From positions 273,110,001 through 273,174,000 of the forward strand of contig OZ024743.1 of NCBI GenBank assembly GCA_964016885.1: a stretch of 64,000 nucleotides of DNA, written 5' to 3'. Origin of the DNA: Eledone cirrhosa (lineage: Eukaryota). Below the pieces are notes generated by a model. That model searched no databases, had not been told where the DNA came from, and worked only from the letters and a program-made list of their open reading frames with translations. This document shows, one piece after another, positions 1 to 13,481 of the stretch (its first letter is position 1; every line of letters begins with the position of its first letter). A program made the position numbers and the translations under genes.

Positions 1-1476
1 GATACGAAGCATAACGTCAATTAGCTTGCCAACAAATAATAAAACAGATTCTATAAGAAGATTCATGGAAGGTATTTTTAACATGAGGCATTGTATGCAT
101 ATTATTGTCCTGTAGATTGATTTCATATCACTCATCTTGGAAACATCTTTCTATTGCCAATGTATTTAATCTCTTTCGATAAGTTTTGTCTTTTCAAAGA
201 TGCTCATTTTTGTCAGGTTTAAAGAAGATCAGAAAATTGAAATTTGCTTTCATTCTATGTACAAAAATAACCAACACGAAGAAAAGAAAGAAAATTATAC
301 ACGTTTTCTGGAAGGTAACAAAATGTCAGAATTTGCCATTTCGTAGATATAAAGGAAAGCTCACAACCCCAATACACACCCAAAAGTAATAAAAGCATTG
401 ACATATAGGATACTGAGTAAAGAGATAATGTGATTGTACTGACAAGAAGAAATGTTAAAATCCAAACGTTAAAAATTTATAAGAGATTTTCCTGGGAACG
501 ATTCAGATTGTTTTATTGAAATATTATGATCTGATAGAAAGTATTGGAGAAGCCAAAGTAACAATGAAATCTGCTTACAGGACACTACACAAAGGAAAGC
601 ATTATCAATACAGCAATAATGCTTTAAATCAATGCGTGTTCTTAGTTTCCTTTCTGAAATATATTTATCATGGAAATATATTTTTTTCAAAAGAGAAAAA
701 AGGAAGAGAGATTCGTGTGTAGGTATTCGTATTTCGGCGTCATATATTTGCATTCTATTTACGTAAAAGGAGGAGATTTGTCTGAAGCATTAAAGCTTTA
801 GATTTTACTGGAGGGAGTCGATGATGCAATAAAGTAAGTACCAAAGTACATCGTGGATAGATCATATTATGTAGAATTATCTCTCTGCAATATATATAGC
901 GTTAACCTAATATATCCCTTCCATATACTGTAGCGATTGTGTTGTTATTTCTGTTTACCTTTTACATATATATATATAGATATATAGATATAATGTCTAT
1001 ATGTGTGAGTATGGGTGTGTTTGTGCCTACCTATTTGTAATATAGTTGAACTGATTAAATAGTTTTGTTAATCAGATATCTATTTGTTATAATTACCATG
1101 AGTAACAGAGACATTGGGAAAGACATTGGGCTCAATACATAGAAATACATTAGAAATATATATTATTTACTAGGCTTACAATTTAATCCAACCAGTTAAC
1201 TGTATGTTTTAACGCCTATGTTAAATCAACCTAATTTTGTTAAAATGTGACTCCAAGAAGTAGCTCCATAATTATGATTAATTATGATATAGTATAACAT
1301 TTTACTTATATTCAATTATAATACGCATTTTTATATCACAATGAGTAAATAAATATGTAGCGTAAATACCTATCTATATTATATATATTTGTTAGCGTTT
1401 TAATCGCTTCTGGCCGATACGGCAACTTCGATTAAGAAGTAATCGAAAATAATCTGAGCACACCCATATATGTATG

Positions 1477-1587
<111 letters not shown>

Positions 1588-2253
1588 ATGTGTATGTGTG
1601 TGTGGGTGTGTGTGTGTGTATCTATGTAATACTCTTGAGGTAAGGTTTTATGTTGTTATTTCATTTTTCAAATACTTTTTCATAATCGATAACAATTTAG
1701 TTTCATAGTTACCTTCAGATAACGCCTTATTCCCACATGTGGTGAATCTTAAAATATTAATTGACGTCTGAGTTATTTTACTAAACTTATTTCAATTAGG
1801 CTAGCTGCTTCAAAGTATCATATGTCATTAACCTTTGAATTAATGATGTGTTATCATTGAGCCAGCAGTATACTAAATGTGTCTGGCAAACTAGTGGTGC
1901 ATTCACTTACTTAAAAGCATATATTTTAAAGTCTTTTCAATGCATTTCGAAATTTTAATTCCCTAGTTCCCACGCAACAGATGTATACCTTCAGTTTCTT
2001 TCCTCTCCATTTCGAAGTGCTACGTTCGAGGCATGATAAATCGCTAAAAAAGTCAAGCGCCAATATTCACTCCCTAAAAATGTGTAGGCATACTATTGGA
2101 GATATAAAAAAAAATTGAAAACAAATTTGAATTGCTAAAGACAGTTTTTCCTTGGTTTCGCTGGATTCCCATTCCAAATAATAAGTAAAAGGTAGTTAAT
2201 TACAATCACAGTATCACAATCGTCACAAACGTGAATATATATATATATATATA

Positions 2254-2388
2254 TAACGAAGGTAATGTGGTAAGGAACCAGGTGGACCATAACGCACCAA
2301 AGTACTCAATACTTAGGGTAGTAGTGTGGGTAATAGGAACGAGTAGGACACCCCGACAGCTGAGTTCAAGCCGTTTCGACGGCTAATT
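2254..2388 (-). mobile_element. Short pseudo-LTR fragment of the 39.4-43.1 kb PLE family
   Basis: Reverse complement of ~39920-40051. Confidence 0.85.
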
Positions 2389-2487
2389 ATATATATATAT
2401 ATATATATATATAGATGGCTGTCACTGAAATATATATAGCAGTAATAAACGAAGCTAAATTTTAATCATTTGACTTTTATTTAACTT

Positions 2488-2542
<55 letters not shown>

Positions 2543-2546
<4 letters not shown>

Positions 2547-3080
2547 AGTTAATATAAATTAGTATATATGATAAACACTAATACAATATATAAGTGTTTG
2601 CATTGTAAATGACCAGGTTAGCTAGATTGAAAAATACTAATTAGATTAATACAGTTTGCCTGTCTCGATTTAAAATAATAAATCAATAAAAACAAATCCA
2701 TATTGGCAATGGCCGTGGTACTTGGACAAATTTAAATTTCAAAATCCAAACCTGTTCCGTAGATAAGTTTAAACTTCAAAACCCAAATAAGTTTCGATAA
2801 TTGAAAAAGTGAAAAATTCCATCTTCTGCTCTCATCAGCAAGTACCCAGAAAATTGTTATGTTTCACCTAAAAATATTTAGGAGAACTGATTGACGTACA
2901 TGGTTTATCAGCGTATTTTTCAATCTAGCTAACCTGGTCATTTACAATGCAAACACTTATATATTGTGTTAGTGTTTATCATATATATTAATTTATATTA
3001 ACTTGTATTCACGGCTCAGAAATACTTATTTCTTTGAGCTAATTAATTGTAAAAGACTGTTTGAGTTTATAACTCTCTAT
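2543..3080. mobile_element. Two-armed PLE-type pseudo-LTR fragment in (TA)n
   Basis: Inverted arms 2543-2637 and 2913-3007 with an HHR motif in the spacer. Confidence 0.7.
2717..2846 (-). ncRNA. Hammerhead motif with long stem III insert
   Basis: GGUACUUG CUGAUGA G...C GAAAC...GUC CAAGUACC. Stem I is a perfect 8 bp; stems II and III are imperfect. Confidence 0.6.
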
Positions 3081-3085
3081 ATATA

Positions 3086-3139
<54 letters not shown>

Positions 3140-3140
3140 G

Positions 3141-3318
3141 TAACGAAGGAATTGTGGTAAGGAACCAGATGGACCATAACGCACCAGAGTACTCAATACA
3201 TAGGGTAGTAGAGTGGGTAATAGGAAAATGTATGACCCCGACGGCAGAGCTCAAGCCGTTTCGACGGCTATTTCTGAACTAAAACGGCTTGAGGTCTGCC
3301 GTCAGCGTCATACTTTTT

Positions 3319-3322
<4 letters not shown>
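3141..3322. mobile_element. Two-armed pseudo-LTR fragment of the same PLE family
   Basis: Minus arm 3141-3280 and plus arm 3282-3322 both match within 39910-40051. Confidence 0.85.
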
Positions 3323-3375
<53 letters not shown>

Positions 3376-5303
3376 TCATGGGTTTTATATCGAATAGTAA
3401 AAATGTAAAAATATTAATATTTGATTTCTTTGCAAGCAAACGGCCTCATAATGCGGTGTTTTCGACTATCGTCATCCTTTTCATCTAGCGGTAGAGATAC
3501 GATTGTCAATTGTTTCAGGGTTATTTCCCCTTGTCCAGAATCTGTATATCCTTTTATTCTATACATTAGAACTCTCGAGAATATATGGTATTCTGTAAAG
3601 TATACACCAGCTGATTAGCCTAATTTGTATACCGAGCGATTTTACGGCTGACCTTGCCGAAAATCAAAATTCAAAATTTGTTTTCGTTCTAACATAGCAG
3701 ATACGTAAACGCATTCGTGAGTTTAATATCGAATAATCTAAATTATGATAAAGGAAGGTCTGTGGGATTGCGTACGGTTTATTTTTTTTTTTATCCCGTT
3801 TGTAAAATAAGTTGGATTACTTTGAATAAATAATGAATGATATATTACATAATTTATCTACTAAATTTCGTGGCTGTTGATTATTTAAATTTTTTATTTA
3901 TTTAAAGATTCACTTCTTTAAAATTTCTGAAATGTCAACACTTTCGGTTGGCCCTCGTTTAAATAAACATACTAATTTTATGTCACTAATTTTCGCCTAA
4001 TGTATAAAATATATAATATCGTCTTTTTTAATGTATCATGGATTACGTTACTGATTAAATAAGACAGTGTAACGCAGTCTTCGTTCAATTTCTATGTATT
4101 ATATATTGTAAATTACGATTTTATTTGATGTATCATATCTACATATATATACCTGCGTATAATATCAATATACACACCACACATACTAGCAGAAAACCAC
4201 CCGAAGGGTGGTTTTTCTGCTAGTGATATTAATAATACTAATAATATTAACAATCCACGTCTAAGCTGTATAGTACTGCTTCAAATTTAGTGGAGAATAC
4301 GCTGGTCATCAATTAGTCATAAATCGATAACCAGCAATTTCCCCACAAGGGAACTTTCATCGGCCATCACATTTGAGGGGGTTCCGTAAATCGACCTTAT
4401 TTTCAAGTCGATGCCGGTATCCCACGGGTGGTATTAGCTGCTCGTCGGTCAGTAAATGATAGGAGCAGTGGCGGACTGGCTCGGGCTGGTGGTAATGCTA
4501 TATATATATATATATATATATTAGATTGCAAAGGGGTTAGTGAGAAGGCTGGGAAACCAGATAGAAAGAAAATAATTCAAGGAGAGAATTAGCCGCTCTC
4601 TTTAGTCTGATGACGTTGGGACAACGAATAAAAATCTCATGAGGCCAATTCCCATGAAATCATTATTTAAGAAACATCTTGAAAACAAAACAAAATGGTG
4701 AATTAAAGTTCAGGCAACAATTCATGATTTGCCAGCTTCAGATTATTCGGATCTGTTTTATTATGTTTTTCTTTCATTTATTGCAGCGAGATAAGTAGTA
4801 AGCTCATAAGTTTAATGATGAGGGGAAACCTATTCATAATTGTGTAGCTGTCAAAGTGTCAACATATTTTGTTTTCAATAAAATATGAGATAAAATTATT
4901 ATTCTTTTCTTCAAGATATACTTTATTTACAAAACGAACGACTATGAGATAAGATCATAATTTAGTGGAGACAGCAATATCTGTATACAATAATTCTTCA
5001 CCTCGGCCTCGTGTATGTGTTACTATAGTAACATAGTAATCAAATCTCAAATGATTAATGTGCTAGAGAAATATAGGAGTATCATTTAAAATCTGTCTAT
5101 GCAATATTTATCTTATAATAACCCATGGGTGTTCAAATATCGTTGCATTTATTTGTTGCTGTTCATGTTCATCCTACACATTTATATATTGGTCATTGAG
5201 AAAAATAAATATCTATTCATATCAAAAGTACATGGTAATTTTGTATTTTTAATGATAAAATATATACAAAAATTCAATAACGCAAGAAAATTCAGTCGGA
5301 CAC

Positions 5304-5347
<44 letters not shown>

Positions 5348-5430
5348 GTGTATACGACTGCATTTTCTTGCGTTATTATTAAAACACAAGTAACATGAAT
5401 CACCTGTTTTAATTACACCTGTCAAAAACG

Positions 5431-5529
<99 letters not shown>

Positions 5530-6878
5530 TAATTATATATATATATATATCGTTTTTGACAGGTGTAATTAAAACATAGGTGATTCATATTACTTGCGTT
5601 TTAATTATGAATTGTTGATACTTCAAATCTTTCGTTACTGATATGAAGTAAATTTGAACTACTATAACTCAGCAATATAAAAACACTTTAATCCTCAAAT
5701 AATTTAAGAAGTGTATTCTTCGGTCGTTACATTTAAGTGAAATTCGACAGTTTATTAAATATTTTACCCGGATAGGAAAGCTAGAAAAAGAAAGGAAAAA
5801 CAAACACATGCTTACTCAGAATGTTGTATTTACATATGCACGCAAACGATAGGTATACGTAGATACACTTACACAGATAAACACAAAGACGTATAGTCAT
5901 AGTGATATAAGCACTGATAGACATAGACGCACAGTTACTAGAAGAGGTGTACGAAAAAGGATGAAATACACGAATGGCACACACTCACCGGCAAGCACGC
6001 ATACACAGTTGAGCTCCATTGCGATCTGTTTTAGACATATACTCATCTATATAGATCACATTCTGATATACTATCCAGTACAGTAGCTTTCACTTGGCAA
6101 CGAACTAGAAATTGTGAGCTGACAATAAGCTGCATGATATTCATTTGTATCCGGAGACTATCCAAAGGTCAATGGTCACGACTTTTGAATTACGAGTAAA
6201 AAATTCAATTGAACTATAAACAAAGAAAGGCTTATCCCAACAGAAACAGTAACATTTTAAAAGATAGTTTAAAAGTTATATTATATAACATTATGCATGC
6301 TGTCAGTCATAATATCTAGGCTACAAACAATAGATATGTAATCATACATCAGTGTAACAGTAAAAACCTGAAGATCTGATCTAAATGACTTTCAGCATTT
6401 ATTTCAAACTTTTAAATTACAATTGAGCCGACATCATCTTTCAATCTACTAATTTCCACTAACATGTACGTTCACTCGGCTATTCTTCTTGATATTAAAC
6501 TTCAAACGATATGCCAATCTAATAACAACAACAATAATATAAATTAAAACAAAATAATGATGATAATTTAAACCATTTTTTATTGGCATGTTTGTTTGTA
6601 AGTCAGGAAAGTGAAACTAGCTTAAAATTATTCGTCATTTCTTGTATTCGTCATTTCTTGTATTACGATAAGGTGGTTACAATATGCGATTTAAATTTAC
6701 ATTACTGATAACATACACCAATAAAAAACGTCGTTCCAATCACATCTGTTATGTTGTATTATCTCGGATGTTTACCTCTCTCTCGCACATACACTAACTT
6801 GCCGATATACAACGCCGAGAGACATGCATATCGACAGTTATTCACACACATATTTCCACGTGCACAGACACACACACA

Positions 6879-6985
<107 letters not shown>

Positions 6986-7179
6986 GTATATATGTAAATA
7001 TATATAATTCTTTTGCTTATTCCCGCTCTGCTTAAACCATATACTAAATATTAACTTCCTCTAATATGTAACCCTGCTAACCCAAGCATCGAGCGCACCG
7101 CACTTCGGCTATCGGCATTTAGTATTCCGTATCGCACCTCTTTCTACCTCTCTGCTTCATCCTCTCTTACGATACCTAA

Positions 7180-7210
<31 letters not shown>

Positions 7211-7243
7211 CTACACGTATATGTATATATGTATATATATACA

Positions 7244-7295
<52 letters not shown>

Positions 7296-7301
<6 letters not shown>

Positions 7302-8035
7302 AAGCAAAAGCGAAGTAGTTTCAGATGTTCAAGTCCTTTAATAATAATGCTGTGATATATATTTCAATGGCGACACTGGCCACACTGTTCTGTGTGCGAG
7401 TGTCGTGACATCATTAGACAGCTTGTTACATAATAAGGTTATGTTTCCGAGGCAATCCAAATTGAATCGACATGGGAACGGATGAAATGCGTGCTTTTGA
7501 GTTTATCACCAGTTCCCCTGTGAGTACCAATTCACCCCCATCGGTCTGCGCGTGCGCATGTCCGAAGGAAGTTGACCATTAGCTACCGCAGATTTCAACC
7601 AAATTCGCTTAGTCAGTTCACCCTCTCAGGGACACAATGGCCCGTGCCATAGTTTACTGCTACCCATCTCGACTGTGGTGGTCAGTCGAAAGCCAGAGGG
7701 GGTGGGAGATTGTTAGTTTTTACAGGTCATAATACTACCTATCACCTAGCGTGGACAGTACGACTGACCATCAACTCAAAGGGAGAATAAACTTAATTCT
7801 AGGTATCATGATTTTACATTGTAAGTTAAGAGTGAGAGTTGGAAATAAAAATTAAAGTCCTAAATCAAGTATCAGAAATTATAAATTAAACAATTAAAAA
7901 ATTAACAATTAGTAATTAAAAGTTAGGAATTTTTTTCAAGTGAGAATTCGGATTGAGGTGAGTAAAAAAATATAGATTGAAGTGAGTAAATAATATGGAG
8001 AGAGGTGTTTAAGTAAGAAGTTCTGAGAGGGGTTC
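7296..8035 (-). mobile_element. Non-coding ~700-bp HHR-bearing element (solo pseudo-LTR-like); diverged paralogue at 9363-10060
   Basis: Both copies begin TAGAATAAG next to (TA)n and share AATCCAAATTGAA and CCAGTTCCCCTGTGAG. Confidence 0.65.
7349..7422 (-). ncRNA. Hammerhead motif (G5A mutated)
   Basis: GCUGU CUAAUGA [stem II] GAAA UAUAUA UC ACAGC. The paralogue at 9414-9492 keeps CUGAUGA. Confidence 0.62.
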
Positions 8036-8151
8036 TAGTGTCACAGTTACTCTATCCACATATTGAACGACAGTGCCGTACATTAGAACGGAGGGTAAGC
8101 TACAGCAGCAGCTTACTCTCCGTTCTGATATACATATATACATATATATAT

Positions 8152-8220
<69 letters not shown>

Positions 8221-8431
8221 TATGTATACGTACATACATATATGTATACAGACGTACAGTAGTATGTATATATATACATATATGCACACACATATATATA
8301 TATGTGCGTATCAGTTTTACCGAACATTTATTATAATGCTCGGTTTGTTTGTAAACAAACAAACAGCCCGAATTAAGCCGTACAGTGTTTAGCAACCGTC
8401 GTTGACATTTTGTTCAACCTTGACAAAGGAA

Positions 8432-8472
8432 CAATGTACGAGTTTCAAGCTTATTAGCTATCGTCAGCATCG
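8432..8472 (-). ncRNA. Minimal type I hammerhead ribozyme motif
   Basis: CGAUG CUGACGA UAGC-UAAUAA-GCUU GAAA CUCG UA CAUUG. Confidence 0.8.
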
Positions 8473-8971
8473 TATAGCTTCCTGCCAAATGATTGAACGT
8501 CTGAAAGCATATACTTTCCTTATGCATATTAACGGCTGAGCAGCCTAATTTGCTTATCGAGTGAGTTAGTCGGCCGGGCGTTCCTTTGTCAGTGTTGAAC
8601 AAAAGGGCAACGATGGTTGCTAAACACTCTACGATTTAATTCGGGCTGTTTGTTTGTTTACAAACAAACCGAGCATTATAATAAATGTTAGGTAAAACCG
8701 ATACGTACATATATATATGTGTGCATGTATGTATATATATACATACTACTGTACGTCTGTATACATATATGTATGTACGTATACATACTTATATTTAAGT
8801 AACAGCCATGCTAAAAGTGAGAAATGAAATTTCGTTTCATGTTTTCCATTTATCGTTTTCGGTGCCACGGCCGGCTAACTCACTCGATATGCAAATTAGG
8901 CTGCTCAGCCGTTAATATGCATACGGAAAGAATATACTTTCAGACGTTCAATCATCTGGCAGGAAGGTATA

Positions 8972-9012
8972 CGATGCTAACGATAGCTAATAAGCTTGAA
9001 ACTAGTACATCA
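8972..9012 (+). ncRNA. Hammerhead motif with G5A core mutation (likely inactive)
   Basis: CGAUG CUAACGA UAGC-UAAUAA-GCUU GAAA CUAG UA CAUCA. Confidence 0.65.
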
Positions 9013-9286
9013 TTCCTTTGTCAGTGTTGAACAAAAGGGCAACGACGGTTGATAAACACTGTACGGCTTAATTCGGGGTGTTTGTTTGTTTACAAACAAA
9101 CCGAGCTTTATGATAGATGTTCTGTAAAACCGATATGTACATATATATATATATGTGTGCATGTATGTATATATATACATACTACTGTACGTCTGTATTC
9201 ATATATGTATGTATGTATACATACTTATATTTAAGTAACAGCCGTACTAAGAGGCAGAAATGAAATTTCGTTTCATTTTTTCCATT

Positions 9287-9356
<70 letters not shown>

Positions 9357-9413
9357 TATATATAGAATAAGTAAATACAAAGTAGTTTAGATGTTGAAGT
9401 CCTTTATTGATCA

Positions 9414-9492
9414 GGCTTTGATACATATTTTGATAACGAAAATGGCCACGCGATTCCGCGTAGTACTCAGTGCCATTATCTCATCAGACACC
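9414..9492 (-). ncRNA. Decayed hammerhead motif (GAAA to AAAA)
   Basis: GGUGU CUGAUGA GAUAA...UUAUC AAAA UAUGUA UC AAAGCC. Confidence 0.55.
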
Positions 9493-10883
9493 TTCTTAAT
9501 AAGGTTACAATCAGGAGGTAATCCAAATTGAAGTGTCAAAGGAACGGACAAACACGATGTTCATGTAGCGAATGCCAGTTCCCCTGTGAGCTTCAATTCA
9601 TGCCAACAGATTTGCGCATGTGTAAATGTGGGATATGTAGCTGACTACTATCACAAAACATACCAAACTATCCTATGCTGGCACCGCCCCTCCATCGTTT
9701 AAGGATAAAAGGGTGCCAGTCAGCCAGCTATGATTCCGGTCTATTGTGTATTTGGCAGAAGACCAAATGTATGTGGTAGTCGAAGAGTATAACTTTTAAC
9801 GGTTTCAATACGACCCATACAAAATTATGCCTAATTCTGGATCCTGGTATTATGCTCTCACAATGGAAGTTAAAATTGTTAATAAGACTGAATAACAGAA
9901 ATTATAACTTTAGATTGTAGTAAATTAAAGAATATGACCTAAGGTTTAGAATGCGATAATTTAAAGTTTAAACGAATAACTAGTAAATATTATCCTCCTC
10001 AGATGAAGTAACCCACCTAGTGAGAGATGAAAAATATCGGTAAAGATCAAGGTAATTACCCATATATACACACACACATATACACATACACACATATATA
10101 TACATATATACACCCATATATATATACACACACACACATATATATATATATACACACACACACATATATATACACACACACATATATACCCGTGTATATC
10201 AAGATAGACATAGGGTAGAAGTGGTAAACATAGTGATTTTTACTACATTCCCAATAAGGTGATATTTAATAGGTGTAATACTACACTTAAATTATGCTTA
10301 AACAATATGATTGACTATTCCTGTCGTCATCGAAATATATGTATCACGGCCGTATCAATAAACGACTTTGTATTTGCTTATTCTAAAATACTCCGTCATT
10401 CCTATGGGGGAACATGCACGTTGAGTTCTCGAATTGAATTACGTCAATGTTTACCGTATATATATATATATATAAAACATGAGCAGAAAGAAGAATACTG
10501 CGTGGGTTGCACATGGGTTACATATGATAAATATAGTCCTTCGTCAGTGATTTTCCAACCATCATTGGTATTTCATCGCATTAAAAATCAGATACCTCAG
10601 GTTGGTGCGAGCAATAACTAAAAAAAGTTATTGGGACCATAATTCGCGTAAGGCGAGGGGACAAGTAAACAGCATAGAAGGATGAAAGCAAACCGAAGAT
10701 AGGAAAATAAACAAGCAACATGGTTGTCCGGGCAGCATAAGCTGGGTGGATTTCATGAGCGAGAGAGGTACAGACCGTGTTGATGTGTGTGAGATGTGAG
10801 CAAGAAGAGACCCACACAAGCCAAACGGGAGGAAGTGAGAAGGGGAGAAACAGAGAGTGAGTAAGTATATATATATATATATA

Positions 10884-11045
10884 TAACGAAGGAAATGTGG
10901 TAAGGAACCAGATGGACCATAACGCACCAAAGTACTCAATACTTAGAGTAGTAGAGTGGGTAATAGGAACAAGTAGGACTCAATTAGTCCAGAATTAGCC
11001 GTCGAAACGGCTTGAGCTCAGCCGTCGGGGTCCTACTTGTCCCTA
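10884..11045. mobile_element. Two-armed pseudo-LTR fragment of the same PLE family
   Basis: Minus arm 10884-10980, plus arm 10982-11045. Confidence 0.85.
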
Positions 11046-11092
11046 TTTATATATGTATGTAGATATATACACACATAAGCACACAGACTTTC

Positions 11093-11125
<33 letters not shown>

Positions 11126-11181
11126 ATATATATATTTATATATTATTTATATATATATGTTATATATATATATATATGTGA

Positions 11182-11212
<31 letters not shown>

Positions 11213-11249
11213 CGGTAAACATTGATGTAATTCAATTCGAGAACTCACC

Positions 11250-11450
11250 TGACCATACCATAAATAGATTGGCAACATCGCTAGCTATGCTGACGCCAAT
11301 GGCTGCTCCCGCATTCTGGGTGTAGATCTTTTCGTTAAATTTAAACATATGGCCCTATAGGATAGTTTTAATACTAGCCCCTATTCCATATGCGACCATT
11401 TTTATCACCTGATCATTGTTTTGGGGTGTCCGTATGGCTTTGGTCCATTC
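11250..11450 (-). pseudogene. PLE RT fragment (motif B), Naiad-like
   Basis: Minus strand reads GHMFKFNEKIYTQNAGAAIGVSIASDVANLFMVW. It is not in the ORF track. Clade assignment is inferred. Confidence 0.75.
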
Positions 11451-11785
11451 ATTCCATCTTCCCATATAAATAAATAAATAAATATATACACAAGTACAAT
11501 AACAACAAACACATATAAACACATACTAGTGAACAAAGATAGAATACAAAAACAAAAACACATACACTCAAAAGCGAATACTCACACCGAACATTATACA
11601 CACACGCAAACGCACGCGCAGAGACAGAGACAACAATAAATAAATTAAGATAAAAATGGCGTAGACATACAATACAACAGGAGCAAACAATAGTACTACT
11701 GATGCTGATGCAGATGTGCAACGAAATAACTCTGAGATGTGCAACGAAAGAACACTGATAGACTATATATATATATATGCAGAGA

Positions 11786-11852
11786 TTATTTATCTGATGA
11801 AAGCGCACCATAATTTACCTTGGTCGCCGTTGAAATATATATAATAAAATAA
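11786..11852 (+). ncRNA. Hammerhead ribozyme motif
   Basis: UUAUUUAU CUGAUGA AAGCG-CACCA...UGGU-CGCCGUU GAAA UAUAUA UA AUAAAAUAA. Confidence 0.72.
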
Positions 11853-11934
11853 TTATGGTTTTATAAATATAGTTTCCATTTATTAATATATTGTATATAT
11901 ATACATATATATATATATAGTTTTAATATAGATG

Positions 11935-11985
11935 AGATTCTACAGGACTAGAACTGTTTCATTCTTTAGAAATCATCAGGAATCT
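11935..11985 (-). ncRNA. Hammerhead ribozyme motif
   Basis: AGAUUC CUGAUGA UUUC-UAAA-GAAU GAAA CAG-UUCUAGUC-CUG UA GAAUCU. Confidence 0.8.
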
Positions 11986-12140
11986 GGGTATCAAAAAATA
12001 AATATGGTATTTATAGATCTCTTCAAATATATATATATATTTATATATGCGCATTTCAAAAACAAATATCATCATCGGATGATATCTGCGTTTTCATCAG
12101 ATAAACTAGGGATACATGATATGACGCTTAAAAAACACTT

Positions 12141-13481
12141 CGCGGTGGAATTTATCGTGACGATGGACTTTTTACTATCTTAAATTGCAATTGAGTTAAC
12201 CTTAATATTATTAAGAACAATATACGTGATCTCTTTAAGCAACATAACCTTAAAATCGAATTTGATGACAACGTCAAACTAGCTAATTTCTTGGTTATAT
12301 CCCTTAATCTTGACACTGGCCTATATTACCCTTACCATAAAAATAATGAGAATCTAAATTATGTTAATTTTAAATCTAACCACCGCACTAATATTAAAAA
12401 TGCTATATATTGGAAAAAGAATATCAAACATATCCTCTAATAAAAATATCTTTGATGCTAATGCCAATTACTATAACAATGTGCTTTCTAAAGCCGGTTA
12501 TCCTGATAAAATTAAATACAGTAAAGAAACCAATCCTAGAACGTCTTGCAGTCAAATAATTAATTATGATCATTCCAATAACTTAAATAATGGACCTAGA
12601 TACAATAATACAATCTGGTATAATGCTCCTTTCTCTATTTCTATAATAATATTTCTAAACTATGCTTTAGGGCCTTAGATAAATGCTTCCCTCCCTCACA
12701 TATATATAGTAAAATCTTTAACAAACATACAATAACATTTTCCTGTTCCACCTCCTCCAACATCTCTAACATTATCTCTAAACACAACAATAAAATATTA
12801 AATATTAAATCCCATCCTTCCAACACTAAGCGTCATAATAATAGCAGTAGTACTCCCGATGTCATTGTTAACTCTAGGCTAGATTCTGCAAACTCAAATA
12901 CCACGTCAAACGTAACTTCGTTGAATGTTCATAATACCAATCTAAATCAGGAAACTAATATTCCTATCGTAAATAACTTCTCCAATCCAATTCCCCCTAT
13001 AAATAACACTAGGTCACTTGTTAACAACTCTGTTAATTTCTCTAATCACAATTGTAATTGCCCTGTTAGAACTAAATGTCCTCTCAATAACCATTGTCTT
13101 GATAAAAACTTAGTCTATGAATGTAAGGTTATAACTGATACCAATTCCTTTACCTATTTCGGTTACACTTCCACCTCATTCAAAGCTAGATTGTATAATC
13201 ACAATTGATCTTTTAAATACCAACTTAAAAGAACTAACACGGCACTCTCAGAACTCATATGGTCCTTGAAAGACAAAAATATTAACTATAACATCTCTTG
13301 GAGAAAAGTTTGTTCTGCCTCTCCCTACTTGAATGCCTCCCTATCCAGAACATGTAATCTTTGCATATCTGAAAAAATTACCATTATATCTAATTTCTAT
13401 TCTATAATAAATAGAGGCACTGAATTATTTTCTCTCTGCTTGCATAAATTCCACAGAACATTCCATAAATTATACAGCTAA
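12141..13481 (+). pseudogene. PLE RT C-terminal half plus GIY-YIG endonuclease pseudogene
   Basis: YRDD motif, thumb region, CxCx5Cx5C linker and GIY-YIG-like motif across ORFs 12361-12678, 12921-13208 and 13266-13481. Confidence 0.88.

Larger units (their letters stand above)
8216..9290. mobile_element. Non-coding HHR-bearing tandem element (retrozyme-like): inverted arm plus ~1.6 tandem units of ~432 bp
   Basis: Minus arm 8216-8578. Plus arm 8580-9290 with TTCCTTTGTCAGTGTTGAAC repeated at 8581 and 9013. Flanked by (TA)n. Confidence 0.85.

Noticed and set aside
4600-4670. CTGATGA...CCCATGAAA as a hammerhead
   Set aside because: No convincing stem III/NUH/stem I closure. At best a decayed relic.
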